Below, piece by piece: positions 19,968 to 30,145 of a stretch of 64,000 nt of DNA. Under the pieces are notes generated by a model. The model was given only the letters and a program-made list of their open reading frames with translations, did no database searches and had not been told where the DNA came from. This stretch comes from an uncultured Holophaga sp. (GTDB taxonomy: Bacteria > Acidobacteriota > Holophagae > Holophagales > Holophagaceae): NCBI GenBank assembly GCA_963664825.1, contig OY761614.1:2752001-2816000 (forward strand). The letters are read 5' to 3'. The position numbers were made by a program, and so were the translations under genes. Positions within the stretch are counted from its first letter, which is position 1. Each line of letters begins with the position of its first letter.

Positions 19968-20969
19968 TTGCTACCCTGGATCTGCGAGGTTTCATTGAGC
20001 TTTCCGGTCACCCCCTTCTCCATTGGTTCCATCCAGGTGTCCCCCCCCCTGGTCATGGCGCCCCTGCATGAAATTACCGACCAGCCCTTCCGGCGCATGA
20101 TCCGGGAGGTGGGGGGCGTGGGCCTCACAGTCTCCGAGATGATCAGCAGTGAGGCCCTGGTGCGGCGCGCCCGCAAGGCCGAGCGCATGATGGCTGGCGA
20201 AGGCGAACGCCCCTACGCCATGCAGCTATCGGGCTCCCACCCCGAGCACCTGGCCGAATGCGCCCGGCTCTGCGAGGAGGCCGGCGCCGATATGGTGGAC
20301 CTGAACATGGGATGCCCGGCCAGCAATGTCACCAAGGGGGGCGCGGGCAGCGCCCTGCTGCGGGATATAAGCCTAGCGGAAGCCTGCGTGAAGGCCATGG
20401 TGAAGGCAGTGAAGGTGCCCGTCACCGTCAAGATGCGGGCGGGCTGGGACGCCAGCCAAAAGGAGCGGGAGGACTACCGGGATTTCCTGAAAATGTTCGA
20501 GGATGCCGGGATCCAGGGCCTGGCCATCCATCCCCGCACCCGAGCCGAGCAGTACGAGGGCCATTCGGACTGGAGCCTCATCGCTCGGGCCGTGGAGGCG
20601 GGGATGTCCTACCCCATCATCGGCAATGGCGACATCCTCGAGGCCGAGGATGCCCATCGCATGGTGCGGGAGACGGGCTGCCAGGGCGTGATGATCGGGC
20701 GGGGCGCACTCTACAATCCCTTCCTCTTCCGACAGGTGCTGGATCCGACATTCGTGGTCTCTACCGAGATGCGCATCGATGTCACCCTGCGCTTCTTCCG
20801 CCTCCTGCTGGAACTGCTGGAGGAGCGGGAAGCCTTGCACAAGATCAAGAAGATCGGGGCCTGGTTCACCAAGGGCATTCCCGGAGGGGCCAAGTTTCGC
20901 CAGCGCCTCAACGAGCGCAACGATCCCCGGGAGCTGATCAACGAGATCGAGGCCCTGCGGCAGGTCTGA
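19968..20969 (+). CDS. dusB: tRNA-dihydrouridine synthase (DusB-like); true start may be a few codons downstream
   Basis: MAPL..ITD.PFR, DLNMGCP, GAGSALL, VTVKMR, HPRT, IGNGD, MIGRGA. Confidence 0.85.
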   Translation: MLPWICEVSLSFPVTPFSIGSIQVSPPLVMAPLHEITDQPFRRMIREVGGVGLTVSEMISSEALVRRARKAERMMAGEGERPYAMQLSGSHPEHLAECARLCEEAGADMVDLNMGCPASNVTKGGAGSALLRDISLAEACVKAMVKAVKVPVTVKMRAGWDASQKEREDYRDFLKMFEDAGIQGLAIHPRTRAEQYEGHSDWSLIARAVEAGMSYPIIGNGDILEAEDAHRMVRETGCQGVMIGRGALYNPFLFRQVLDPTFVVSTEMRIDVTLRFFRLLLELLEEREALHKIKKIGAWFTKGIPGGAKFRQRLNERNDPRELINEIEALRQV

Positions 20970-21082
20970 TCTTTGGAACGGCACCGGGAGCCTCGTTGCG
21001 GCATCGAAGGGCTTAGAACGGCTATGATGCTCGTGCTCCGTGCGCAATGACGAGGCCCTTGATTTTATCCCGAGAGGAAGCC

Positions 21083-21733
21083 ATGACGACGATCCCTGAA
21101 AGCCAACTCACAACCCAATTGAAGTGGCGCTACGCCACCAAGAAGTTCGATCCCGCCCGCAGGATCGCACCTGCCACCTGGGCGGCGTTGGAGGATGCCC
21201 TTGTGCTTTCCCCGAGTTCCTTCGGGCTCCAGCCCTGGAAGTTCCTGGTGATCACGGACCCCGCCCTCAAGGCCAAGCTGCGCCCGGCCTCCTGGAACCA
21301 GGCCCAGATCGAAGACTGCTCCCATCTCGTGGTCTTCCTGGCCCGGCAGAACCTGGGCCTCCCGGAGATCGAACGCTTCGTGGATCGCCTCGCCGAGGTG
21401 CGCGGCGTGCCCAGGGTTTCCCTGGAGATGTACCGCGGTTTCATGGTCAGTAAGCTGGTGGAGGGTCCCGGCGCCCAGAGGATCAACGAATGGGCCGCCC
21501 GGCAGGTCTACATCTCCCTGGGCGCCTTCACCAGCGCCGCGGCCATGCTGGGCGTGGACGCCTGCCCCATGGAGGGGCTGGACCCGGTCCAATACGACGA
21601 AATCCTGGGGCTCACGGGCGGCCCCTGGACCACCATCTGCGTCTGCCCTGCGGGCTACCGTGCCCTGGATGACAAGTACGCCGAGCTTCCCAAGGTGCGC
21701 TTCAAAGCCGAAGAACTCATCGAACACAGGTAA
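21083..21733 (+). CDS. NAD(P)H nitroreductase (NfsB-like)
   Basis: WRYATKKFD, LSPSSFGLQPWKF, ACPMEG, PKVR. Confidence 0.9.
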   Translation: MTTIPESQLTTQLKWRYATKKFDPARRIAPATWAALEDALVLSPSSFGLQPWKFLVITDPALKAKLRPASWNQAQIEDCSHLVVFLARQNLGLPEIERFVDRLAEVRGVPRVSLEMYRGFMVSKLVEGPGAQRINEWAARQVYISLGAFTSAAAMLGVDACPMEGLDPVQYDEILGLTGGPWTTICVCPAGYRALDDKYAELPKVRFKAEELIEHR

Positions 21734-21763
21734 AGGAAGGGGCCCGCAAGGGCCCCATTCCTT
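21733..21763. terminator. Hairpin between convergent nitroreductase and tolC genes
   Basis: AAGGAAGGGGCCC-GCAA-GGGCCCCATTCCTT. Confidence 0.65.
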
Positions 21764-21781
21764 ACTCAAGCGCGTGGGGGG

Positions 21782-23290
21782 CTACTTCACTTCGAGCTTG
21801 CGGGCTTCCAGCAGGTTGCCCAGGGACTTCTCCAGGGTCGTGACAGCCTTGGCATAGCTGATCTGGGACTGGAGTTCGGTGCTCTTGGAGGCGTCGAGAT
21901 CGTTCTGCTTGGAGAGCACGAGGAAGTTGGTGCTCATGCCGTTCTCGTATTTCTTCTGCTCGGCGTCGAGATCCTTCTCCCGGAAGATGCGGGTCTTCTC
22001 GGCGGCCTTGACGGCCTTCTCGTTGGCATCGACGTTGCGGAAGGCCGTGCGCACTTCCAGCATGATGGCGAGTTCCTGGTCGCGCAGGCTCAGTTCGCTG
22101 CTGCGGCGATTGGCCCTGGCCTGGGTCATGAGGCCCTTGGAGGCGCGGTTGGGAAGGGGCATGGAGAAGGTGAGGCCCACGCTGTATCCGGGGTTCTTGG
22201 CCTGCCACAGATCGGTGTTCACGGGAGAGATGGCGTCATGATTGGCTGCCGTGCCATTGTAGCCCAGGTTCAGGTCCAACTGGGGCTTCAGGCGGTTCTT
22301 CGCCACGCCCTCGAGGATCTGCTTGGATTCCACATCGAGCCTTGCGCTCTTGAGCTCCACCCGGCGATCCAGGGCCATCTTCTCGGCGCCCTTCTCATCG
22401 GTGGCGATGTGGCTCAGGGTGGGGGCGTCGGTCAGTTCCAGGCCCGCCGGGCGCTCACTGGAGGGATAGAGGGCCCGGATGAGGGCGTCCTTGGCATTGG
22501 CAAAGTCGGCCTCGGCGGCGATGATCTCCTGCTGACGCTGGGCCTCGGCGGCCTCGGCGCTGGTGACTTCGATGGGCGCCAGGGTGCCCACTTCCACCCG
22601 GATCTGGTTCTCCCGGAGTTGCTTCTGGGCCAGGGTCAGGGCCTGCTGCTTATTCTCCAGGTTGTGCTGGGCATAGACCACATCCCAGTAGAGGGATTCG
22701 GTGGTGGCCACCAGATCGATGATGGTCTTCTGGTAGGCGTAGTCTGCGGCGATAGCGCCCTTCCTGGCCACGATCACATTGGCTTCGGTGACCTGGCGTC
22801 CGAAGCCCTTCAGCAGGGATTGTGTGTAGCTGGCGCTGATGGCGCCGGCGTAAGGGTTCGAAGTGGTTGTGCTGTAGAGGCCGGTGTAGTTCGTGGTGGT
22901 GGCTTCATAGGTGGGGTTGTAGGTGAGGGCGAAGCTGCCGCCCCACTCGAAGGGCTTCACCACGCCGATGCTCAGGTTCTTGGCATTGGTGGTGGAATTG
23001 CCGCTGTAGAGTGACCCCCCTGCCGAAAAGAGCTTGTCATCGAAGGAGGATTTGTTGTGGCCGTAGGAGGCGTTGCCGTTCAGCGTGAAGTCGAAGGCGC
23101 CCTGGGAGATGATGACCCCGGCCTTGGTGTAGTCCCGGGTCTCCACCGCCACCTTGACTTGGAGGTTGTTCTCCAGGGAAGTCCGGATGGCTTCCTGGAG
23201 GGATAGCTTCACCGGTCCCGCGGGAGCAGGGCTCTGCGCCACGAGGCCGAAGCAGACCATCAGGGTTGGAAACACGCGGGCTCGTAGCAT
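21782..23290 (-). CDS. TolC family outer membrane efflux protein
   Basis: Signal peptide, LSLQEAIRTSLENN, two OEP-like repeats (YWDVV..., KYENGMSTNFLVL). Confidence 0.85.
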   Translation of the reverse strand: MLRARVFPTLMVCFGLVAQSPAPAGPVKLSLQEAIRTSLENNLQVKVAVETRDYTKAGVIISQGAFDFTLNGNASYGHNKSSFDDKLFSAGGSLYSGNSTTNAKNLSIGVVKPFEWGGSFALTYNPTYEATTTNYTGLYSTTTSNPYAGAISASYTQSLLKGFGRQVTEANVIVARKGAIAADYAYQKTIIDLVATTESLYWDVVYAQHNLENKQQALTLAQKQLRENQIRVEVGTLAPIEVTSAEAAEAQRQQEIIAAEADFANAKDALIRALYPSSERPAGLELTDAPTLSHIATDEKGAEKMALDRRVELKSARLDVESKQILEGVAKNRLKPQLDLNLGYNGTAANHDAISPVNTDLWQAKNPGYSVGLTFSMPLPNRASKGLMTQARANRRSSELSLRDQELAIMLEVRTAFRNVDANEKAVKAAEKTRIFREKDLDAEQKKYENGMSTNFLVLSKQNDLDASKSTELQSQISYAKAVTTLEKSLGNLLEARKLEVK

Positions 23291-23499
23291 CGCCACTCCT
23301 CGAAAGGATCGAAAGAACTGTTTTGAACGGACGAGGGGCCTACGTATGGGGGCGACCAGTGGTTTAGACCTTGTCCATCTTGCAGAATGAACACCTCGCG
23401 ATCCGAGGGCAAGTGCAAGGCTCGGCAGGCGTTGAATCTGGGTCCAACGGTCGTTTTGGGGCGCTGGAATGCACCTTGGCCTAGGGTTTGCCGGGACCT

Positions 23500-26253
23500 T
23501 CAAAGCTTTCCCAGGCGCTCACGGAGGCCGGGCACCTCCTCGGGGGCTCCCTTGGTCGCCAGGGACAGGGCCTTCTCCAGTCTTCGGCGCGCTTCGCTCC
23601 GCAGGCCCTGCAAGGCCAGCGCCCGGCTCTCGGCCCGATTCACGAAGGGATTCTCCGCATCCTTCTCTCGGGCCTCTTTCAGGAGGGCCAGGGCCTTGGG
23701 GGTGGGTTTGACGCGCATCAGGGTCTCGGCCTGGCCCGCCAGATCCTGGGCCAGGCCCGTGGCGTCCCGCAGGGTCAAGTGGAGGGCCGCGGCGCCCTGA
23801 AAATGACGGGAAGCCACCTCGGGTTTCCCGGCTTCCAGTTCCAGGCAACCCATCTGGAAGTGCACCATGGCTTCCATGGGAGGGCGTTTGAATTCCTGGC
23901 AGAGGGCAAGGGATTCCTCGAAGAGGGCGCGGGAGGCCTCCCATTTCCGCTGCACCCGTCCCAGGATGCCCAGATTGGCCAAGGGGATCAGGGTGCCGGC
24001 CCGGTGGCCGATCTCCCGCTTGATGCGAAGGGAATTCTGGAAGTATGTCTCGGCTTTGGGGAAGGCCCCCTTGCCGATGGCCACATCCCCGAGGTTATTG
24101 AGGGCCATGGATTCGGCCCAGCGGTCTCCCATGCGCTGGGCGCCGCTCAGAACCTGGAGGTAGTGCTGTTCGGCGATCTCGAAATCGCCCCGTTCCTTGG
24201 CGATCACGGCCAGGTTGTTGAGCGTGAGGATCTCGTCGGCGCGATTGCCCAGGCGCCGCTCGAGGATGAGGGCTTGGCCCAGGCATTGTTCGGCTATCTG
24301 GGGACGCTTCCGCTCCAGGGCCAGGAAACCCTGATTATTGAGGATGGCGCTTTGGAAGTCCTCATCGCCCAGGGCGCGGGAGATGCCCAGGGCTTCGGCA
24401 AAGGCGGCCTGGCTTTCATCCCACCGGCCCTGTTCCATCCGCAGGAGTCCCAGTTGCGTGAGCGCCTTGATCTCGCCCCGGCGATTGCCGAAGGCGCGCC
24501 CCGCCCAACGCCCCCACTGGATCGCCATATCGCAGGCTGGATCCCCCAGCTTCTGGAGACAGATTCCGTACTGCACCACGGCCCCCACGAAGTGAGGCGC
24601 GCTTTCGGCGGCGGCCCGCAGGGGGGCGAGAGCCTCCTTGAAATTGCCCCGGGCCATGAGTTCCTTGCCCCTCGCGTAGTCGGCGAAGGCCGTGGGGGGG
24701 ATCTGGAGTTCCTCTTCCCGAGGGCGCTTTCTCAGTGGATCGACGGCGCGGAGGAGATCCTGGGCCACTTGTCGCGCCAGGGGCTGCAGATCCGGGACGC
24801 CCCCCTTCTCCTGGGTATCCCGTCCCTGGAAGCGCACTTTGCCGTTCCGGTCCAGGAGGCGGAAGATGAGCAGCCATCCCCCCTGGGGGGTGCGGTGGAG
24901 TTCTGAAACCAGGCAGAGTTCGGCGCCGAGTCGGTTCTGGAGGCGTTGGGTCTCCTCCCTTGAGATCGGTGTCTCCTGGGATGGCCGCTGGGCGATGACC
25001 GCTTCCATGGACAGCACTCTCAGCTTGGGGCTGCTCTGGAGTCCCGAGCCCAGGAGGTCCGGGATGACCCAGCGCAGCTCGGGAAGCAGGGCGGGGTCCC
25101 CCGTGCAATTGAGCACGGGCAGGACCACGATGCCTGCGGGGTGCGGGCCGACGAGATCGGCGACCACACCGCGGCCCAGGAGCAGGTAGCCGAGGAGGCC
25201 CAGGATCACGGTGAAGGCGACGCTCCGTCCGGCCACTCCCATGGGGCCCAAGGGGCGCAGGATCTTCCGAATCTCCTGGGCCACTTCGGTAGCCTTGAGC
25301 CGGTCCTTGGGGCGCATGGCGAGCATGCCATCCAGGAGGGCCCTTAGCCGCCGCGAAGCCTTGGCCTTCAGCGGCTTCCGCCGATTGGCGACCACGGCCT
25401 CGAAACGTGTCTGGCCCTCGCCCGGGAAGGGATGCTCCTGGGCCAGGAGCTCCCACAGGAGGATGCCCAGGGCAAAGACATCGCTCGGAGCGCCCGCGAG
25501 ATTGCCGCGGATCTGCTCTGGGGATGCGTAGCGGGGGCTGCCCATGAAGAAACCCTGCTGGGTCAAGGGCTCCGAGAGGCGAGAGGAATTGGAAGAGGAT
25601 TCTCCGAGGGTGCGGAGGAGACCCGTGGGCAGTTCGCCCTCCCTCAGCGCCGTGTGGCTGCAATCGATGGATGAAGAGGCACGGGGCGTCGGTGGATCGG
25701 CGGGGGGGGCCGAGGACTCCGCGAGGTGGCGGGCGAGGCCGAAATCCAGGATCTTGGCGTGTCCGTCGGCGCTGACCATGATATTGCTGGGTTTCAGGTC
25801 CCGGTGAACCAGGTCCTTGGCGTGGGCCGCCGCAAGGCCTTCGGCCACTTCCTGCACCAGGCGCAGCCTCTCCCGGCGATCCCTATGTTTCACAGCCACA
25901 TCGAGGGTCTCGCCCTCCATCCACTCCATGGCGATGAAGGTGCCCGCTTCCGAGGTCACCAGATCGTAGACCTGGCAGACATGGGGATGGCTGAGCTGGG
26001 CCAGGGCCAGGGCTTCCCGACGGAAGCGTTCGAGGTTCTCCTCGGGGGCCTGGCGGCTGGGGCGCACCGCCTTGAGGGCCAGATAGCGCTCCAGGAGCGG
26101 GTCCCAGGCCTGGTAGACCTCCCCCATGCCTCCCATGCCGGCCAGCTTCCGGATGCGGAATCGCGCGATCACTCGGCCTGGGTCAAGGATCTCCGGGGAG
26201 GGCGCGGCGGGAAGCGTAGGACCGGAGACGGGTTCCGGAGGGAGTTCGGTCAT
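23500..26253 (-). CDS. Membrane Ser/Thr protein kinase with TPR repeats
   Basis: GMGGMGEVY, ALK, HRDLKPSN, DFG, GSPRYASPE, DVFALG; TM segment; NNLG-type TPR repeats. Confidence 0.92.
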   Translation of the reverse strand: MTELPPEPVSGPTLPAAPSPEILDPGRVIARFRIRKLAGMGGMGEVYQAWDPLLERYLALKAVRPSRQAPEENLERFRREALALAQLSHPHVCQVYDLVTSEAGTFIAMEWMEGETLDVAVKHRDRRERLRLVQEVAEGLAAAHAKDLVHRDLKPSNIMVSADGHAKILDFGLARHLAESSAPPADPPTPRASSSIDCSHTALREGELPTGLLRTLGESSSNSSRLSEPLTQQGFFMGSPRYASPEQIRGNLAGAPSDVFALGILLWELLAQEHPFPGEGQTRFEAVVANRRKPLKAKASRRLRALLDGMLAMRPKDRLKATEVAQEIRKILRPLGPMGVAGRSVAFTVILGLLGYLLLGRGVVADLVGPHPAGIVVLPVLNCTGDPALLPELRWVIPDLLGSGLQSSPKLRVLSMEAVIAQRPSQETPISREETQRLQNRLGAELCLVSELHRTPQGGWLLIFRLLDRNGKVRFQGRDTQEKGGVPDLQPLARQVAQDLLRAVDPLRKRPREEELQIPPTAFADYARGKELMARGNFKEALAPLRAAAESAPHFVGAVVQYGICLQKLGDPACDMAIQWGRWAGRAFGNRRGEIKALTQLGLLRMEQGRWDESQAAFAEALGISRALGDEDFQSAILNNQGFLALERKRPQIAEQCLGQALILERRLGNRADEILTLNNLAVIAKERGDFEIAEQHYLQVLSGAQRMGDRWAESMALNNLGDVAIGKGAFPKAETYFQNSLRIKREIGHRAGTLIPLANLGILGRVQRKWEASRALFEESLALCQEFKRPPMEAMVHFQMGCLELEAGKPEVASRHFQGAAALHLTLRDATGLAQDLAGQAETLMRVKPTPKALALLKEAREKDAENPFVNRAESRALALQGLRSEARRRLEKALSLATKGAPEEVPGLRERLGKL

Positions 26254-26274
26254 GATCGGTTTTTCCTGGACTTT

Positions 26275-27255
26275 CTATAGTTGCGCGAGGGCGGTCTGGA
26301 GTTCCTTTAGCTGGGGATAGAGGGAGAGCTGGGCCTTCAGAAAGATCCTGGCGACCTCTGGTCCTTCGGCCCCGGCCAACACCTGGGCGAGCAGGGCGAG
26401 GGTGCGCCCATCCTTCGGTTGTCGCTCCAGGATCGTCCCCAGGTAGCGTTTGGCCTCGAGGTATTCCTTTCGCTGGATGGAGACCCGAGCCAGTCCCAGT
26501 AGGGCCGATTTGTCGTACCCCGGTTGGAGGGCCTCCCGGAAGAGCTCCTCGGCCTGGGGGAGACGACCCAGACGGAAGAAACAGTCTCCGGCCCGGGTGA
26601 GCACCTGCTTATTGTGGCGGTCGAGTTTCAGGATGGCTTCCCAGTAGGGCGCGGCCTGTTCGAAGCGGCCTTGGCCTCGCAGGGCGTCGGCCATGCCGAA
26701 GATGGCGTAGGGGTTCTCGGGCGCGGCCTGGAGGGCCATCCCAAAGCATTCGACGGCCTTCTGGAAATTGAATTTCCGACGGTGGATGTTGCCCACCATG
26801 GTCAAGATATTCACCAGCGTCGGATCGAGCCTCAATAACGGTTCCCAGTAGGCCAGGGCTTCCTCGAAGGCCTGGTCCTTGTAGTAGAGGTCGCCCATTC
26901 CCATCAGCGCATAGCGGCTGCTGGGATCGATCTGGAGGGCCCGCGTGTAATGCGCGATGGCTAAGTTGTGCCGTCCTGTCTTCTTGTAGGCATCGGCCAC
27001 CCGGGAGTGAATCCCGGCGTCCTTCGGGTGGGCCTCCAGGTATTTATGCCAGTAGAAGAGGCAGTTCTCGAGATCCTTCAGGCCGCGATAGGCATCGGCC
27101 AGGTGCAGCAGCAGGGGGCCGTGGCTGGGATCCAGCGCGAGGGCCTCCAGGTAGAAGGGCAGGGCCGCGGCAAAGGCGTGTGCCTTGCGGTGGGTTTCCC
27201 CAGTTCGGATAAGGCGCTGGATGGCAGTCTTGGGATTGTCCAGGAGGGGCTCCAT
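26275..27255 (-). CDS. Tetratricopeptide repeat protein
   Basis: About 8 consecutive TPR-like helical repeats (ALQIDPSSRYALMGMGDLY...). Confidence 0.85.
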   Translation of the reverse strand: MEPLLDNPKTAIQRLIRTGETHRKAHAFAAALPFYLEALALDPSHGPLLLHLADAYRGLKDLENCLFYWHKYLEAHPKDAGIHSRVADAYKKTGRHNLAIAHYTRALQIDPSSRYALMGMGDLYYKDQAFEEALAYWEPLLRLDPTLVNILTMVGNIHRRKFNFQKAVECFGMALQAAPENPYAIFGMADALRGQGRFEQAAPYWEAILKLDRHNKQVLTRAGDCFFRLGRLPQAEELFREALQPGYDKSALLGLARVSIQRKEYLEAKRYLGTILERQPKDGRTLALLAQVLAGAEGPEVARIFLKAQLSLYPQLKELQTALAQL

Positions 27256-27410
27256 CGCTAGGGTTCCGTTCGAGGTGTATGAAAAAAAACGCAAATAACT
27301 TGGTGACAACCGATGGGGGCGGTAAACTCCATCCAACTCCCCTAAGTCGTGGTGCCCGGTTGATTGTAAGGCCCAGAACCGCGACTTTTCATGACGGAAT
27401 GGCTGGAACC

Positions 27411-28169
27411 ATGAAAAATCCAATCCCGTCCCATCACGCTCAGGCCGTTTCCACTCCTGGTCCGTCTTCGGATGCGCCCAGGAGCGGGATCGCGATCACG
27501 GTGCTAGTGGTGGAAGACGAACCCACCACGCGCAAACTCCTCCAGAAGAGCCTCGAAAAATCGGGGTTCCAGGTGCGAGTGGCCGAGGATGGGGAGACGG
27601 CCATCCAGATGTTCCAGCGGGAACCCTCCCAGGTCGTGGTCCTGGATATCATGCTGCCGGGCATGGACGGCTTCGAAGTCTGCCGCCGCATGCGGATGCA
27701 TCGGGAAGGCGCCGCCATTCTGATGCTTACGGCAAAACGTGAGGACGATGACAAGATCAATGGCCTTGATCTGGGCGCAGACGACTACATGGTGAAGCCC
27801 TTCAACCCCAGAGAGCTCGTGGCGCGCATCAACGCCATTCTGCGGAGATGCCTGCCGCGGGGGGGCTCTGCGGACTCGCTCGCGTTCAAGGATCTCCGCA
27901 TCGATTTCAGGGCCCAGAAGGCGTTCAAGGGGGGCACCGAATTGGACCTCACGCCTCGGGAATTCGCCCTGCTGGCCACCTTTCTCCAGAACCCTGGCAC
28001 GGTGCTCACGCGCGATGAGCTGAACGAGAGAATCTGGGGCAAGGATCATCACGGCTCTTCCAAGAGCCTGGATGTCTACATGCGCAAACTCCGCCAGAAG
28101 ACGGAGGAGGACCCCTCCCATCCCACACGGCTCAGGACCGCCTGGGGTGTGGGCTACATCTGCGAATAA
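27411..28169 (+). CDS. OmpR/PhoB family response regulator
   Basis: VLVVEDE, LDIMLPGMDG, LTAK, GADDYMVKPF, LTPREF, winged helix TAWGVGY. Confidence 0.95.
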   Translation: MKNPIPSHHAQAVSTPGPSSDAPRSGIAITVLVVEDEPTTRKLLQKSLEKSGFQVRVAEDGETAIQMFQREPSQVVVLDIMLPGMDGFEVCRRMRMHREGAAILMLTAKREDDDKINGLDLGADDYMVKPFNPRELVARINAILRRCLPRGGSADSLAFKDLRIDFRAQKAFKGGTELDLTPREFALLATFLQNPGTVLTRDELNERIWGKDHHGSSKSLDVYMRKLRQKTEEDPSHPTRLRTAWGVGYICE

Positions 28170-28550
28170 CGAGGAGCTTCCCGCGCTCAAGAAGGCCTCG
28201 ATAGCAGCCTCTTGGGGGTCCGGAACCCTTTGTTCATGGGATTGGAAATCGTGCTCGGGCATCCCACCGCAGGCCGATTTTTTAATAAATATTTACCAAA
28301 TCCCTGCTTGACCCATGCCGATGAAGAAGCCATTCTTGGGTTTTCACAGCACAATAGAGGGTTCACCCTCGAAACGTTGTCGGTAATACACAAGTCAATG
28401 CCTGTAGATACCACATACATATATGAATGTGGCAGATGTAGGTTTGTCCCTTTATCCCGGGGACCCCGATCGCCGGGGTTATTCGGGCCACTTAATATCG
28501 TTCGGACGAACATATTGTTCATTGTCCGGGCACTCGCTCAAGGAGTTACC

Positions 28551-29135
28551 ATGCGTAACCTCATCACCCTCGCGCTCGTCGCCGCCACCCTCCCCATGAT
28601 GGCCGCCAATACCACGACCTCCGTCAAGACCTCCGCCACGGCTCCCGTCAAGGTGAAGATCGTGGCCCCCTGCCACATCGAAACCACCGGCACGCTGGAT
28701 TTCGGCACTGTCATGATGAACGAGTACTACCAAGACGGCGCGGTGGGCATCCTGCCCAAGACAACGGCTGGTGGCACTTCTCAGGTCGCTGCTGCTGGCG
28801 TATTCAACTGTGTGAACATGGCTAGCACGCAGTCTGTGGCCGAGTTCCATTATCGCCACGATGCGACCATGCCCGTCACCGTCACCATCGATGGCAACGT
28901 GATCAAGCCAGCAACGGGTGACATCATCAACCACGTTACTGATCACAAAGTCCACATGTCCAATGGACTCTATCTGATGCCCGCCACCGATCTGCCCTCC
29001 GATTCCTGCGGCCTGTTCACACCCATCGCTGGCGTCGCGGATCGTCATTTCGGCCTCGGTGGCGTCCTGTTCATTCCCAAGACCACCTTCGGAGCTCAGA
29101 CTGGCTCCGTCACCGTTACAATCGCTTACCTGTAG
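28551..29135 (+). CDS. Secreted DUF4402-like pilin/fimbrial subunit
   Basis: AGGAG RBS, signal peptide, LDFG motif, C-terminal FGLGGVL...GSVTVTIAY strand. Confidence 0.65.
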   Translation: MRNLITLALVAATLPMMAANTTTSVKTSATAPVKVKIVAPCHIETTGTLDFGTVMMNEYYQDGAVGILPKTTAGGTSQVAAAGVFNCVNMASTQSVAEFHYRHDATMPVTVTIDGNVIKPATGDIINHVTDHKVHMSNGLYLMPATDLPSDSCGLFTPIAGVADRHFGLGGVLFIPKTTFGAQTGSVTVTIAYL

Positions 29136-29160
29136 TCTGATCTTTTCCCAGTAATCCGCG

Positions 29161-29200
29161 AATGAAGGCCGCTCTATCCGGAGTGGCCTTCATTTCGTTT
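29161..29200 (+). terminator. Hairpin after the major pilin-like gene (terminator or mRNA stabiliser)
   Basis: AATGAAGGCCGCTC-TATCCG-GAGTGGCCTTCATT followed by T-rich bases. Confidence 0.6.
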
Positions 29201-29217
29201 CTCACGGGTGCTCGACC

Positions 29218-30135
29218 ATGATCCGCCGCATTCTGTTTTCCGTGCTTGCCATCGCCTTCGCCTTTGCGCAGGAAGTTGCTCCACCAGTGCCCCCTGCTCC
29301 TTTGGCTCCTCCTGTGGTGGCGACGGGGGCTGCTCCAGTGATCACGACGGAAAAACCGGGCAGCAATCTCTCCATATTCCCTACGCGACTGGTGCTGGAG
29401 GGGCGTTCACGCTCCGAGGAGATCGTGCTCCGCAATTCTGGAAAGGCGGCGGCCACCTACCGGATCCTGTTCAAGGAAATGGAGATGAACGAGAACGGCG
29501 AGATTCAGGAACGTCCGAGGAAGGAGGGTGAGATCACGGCGGCCGATCTCATCCGCTTCAGCCCCCGGCAGGTCGAACTTGCTCCCGGCGAGACGCAGAC
29601 GGTGCGCATCCAAGTACGCAAGCCCGAAGGGTTGGTGGATGGGGAATACCGTTCCCATCTACTCTTCCAAGCCGTCCCGGTGGCAGAACCCCCGGCCCCC
29701 CTCGGAGGTGAGGTCGAAAGGGCGCTCTCCGTGAAGATCACCACCCTCCTGGGGATGTCCATCCCCATCATCCTTCGCCATGGCGAGACCCAAGGGAAGC
29801 TTGCGATCTCCGAATTGCGCTTCTGGAGGCCCGGTCCCAAGGTGACGCCGGGTGCTCCTCCTGTCCTGAGCCTCCGAATGACGCGGGAGGGCAACCGCAG
29901 CCTCTCCGGGGCCTTCACCGCCGTGGTGGAATCCGGGGGAAAACTCAAGAAGGGGACCCTCCTCTGGGAATTGCCGGTGGTTCCCATCTACACCAGCATG
30001 CCCTGGCGGAATGTCCATATGCCGATGTATCAAGGGAAGAACGGAGAACTCAACGGGGCTCGGGTGAAGATCACCTGCACACCCGTCGATTTCAAGGGGG
30101 CGCCGATCGTGGCCTACCTGGATATTCCGGCCTGA
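29218..30135 (+). CDS. Fimbrial chaperone-like periplasmic protein (PapD_N-like)
   Basis: IFPTRLVL, IRFSPRQVELAPGETQTVRI, GEYRSHLLF, SIPII. Confidence 0.8.
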   Translation: MIRRILFSVLAIAFAFAQEVAPPVPPAPLAPPVVATGAAPVITTEKPGSNLSIFPTRLVLEGRSRSEEIVLRNSGKAAATYRILFKEMEMNENGEIQERPRKEGEITAADLIRFSPRQVELAPGETQTVRIQVRKPEGLVDGEYRSHLLFQAVPVAEPPAPLGGEVERALSVKITTLLGMSIPIILRHGETQGKLAISELRFWRPGPKVTPGAPPVLSLRMTREGNRSLSGAFTAVVESGGKLKKGTLLWELPVVPIYTSMPWRNVHMPMYQGKNGELNGARVKITCTPVDFKGAPIVAYLDIPA

Positions 30136-30145
30136 TGCCTGCGGA

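Noticed and set aside
28170..28550. c-di-GMP riboswitch upstream of the pilus-like operon
   Set aside because: AT-rich promoter-like region, but I could not find the GEMM consensus elements
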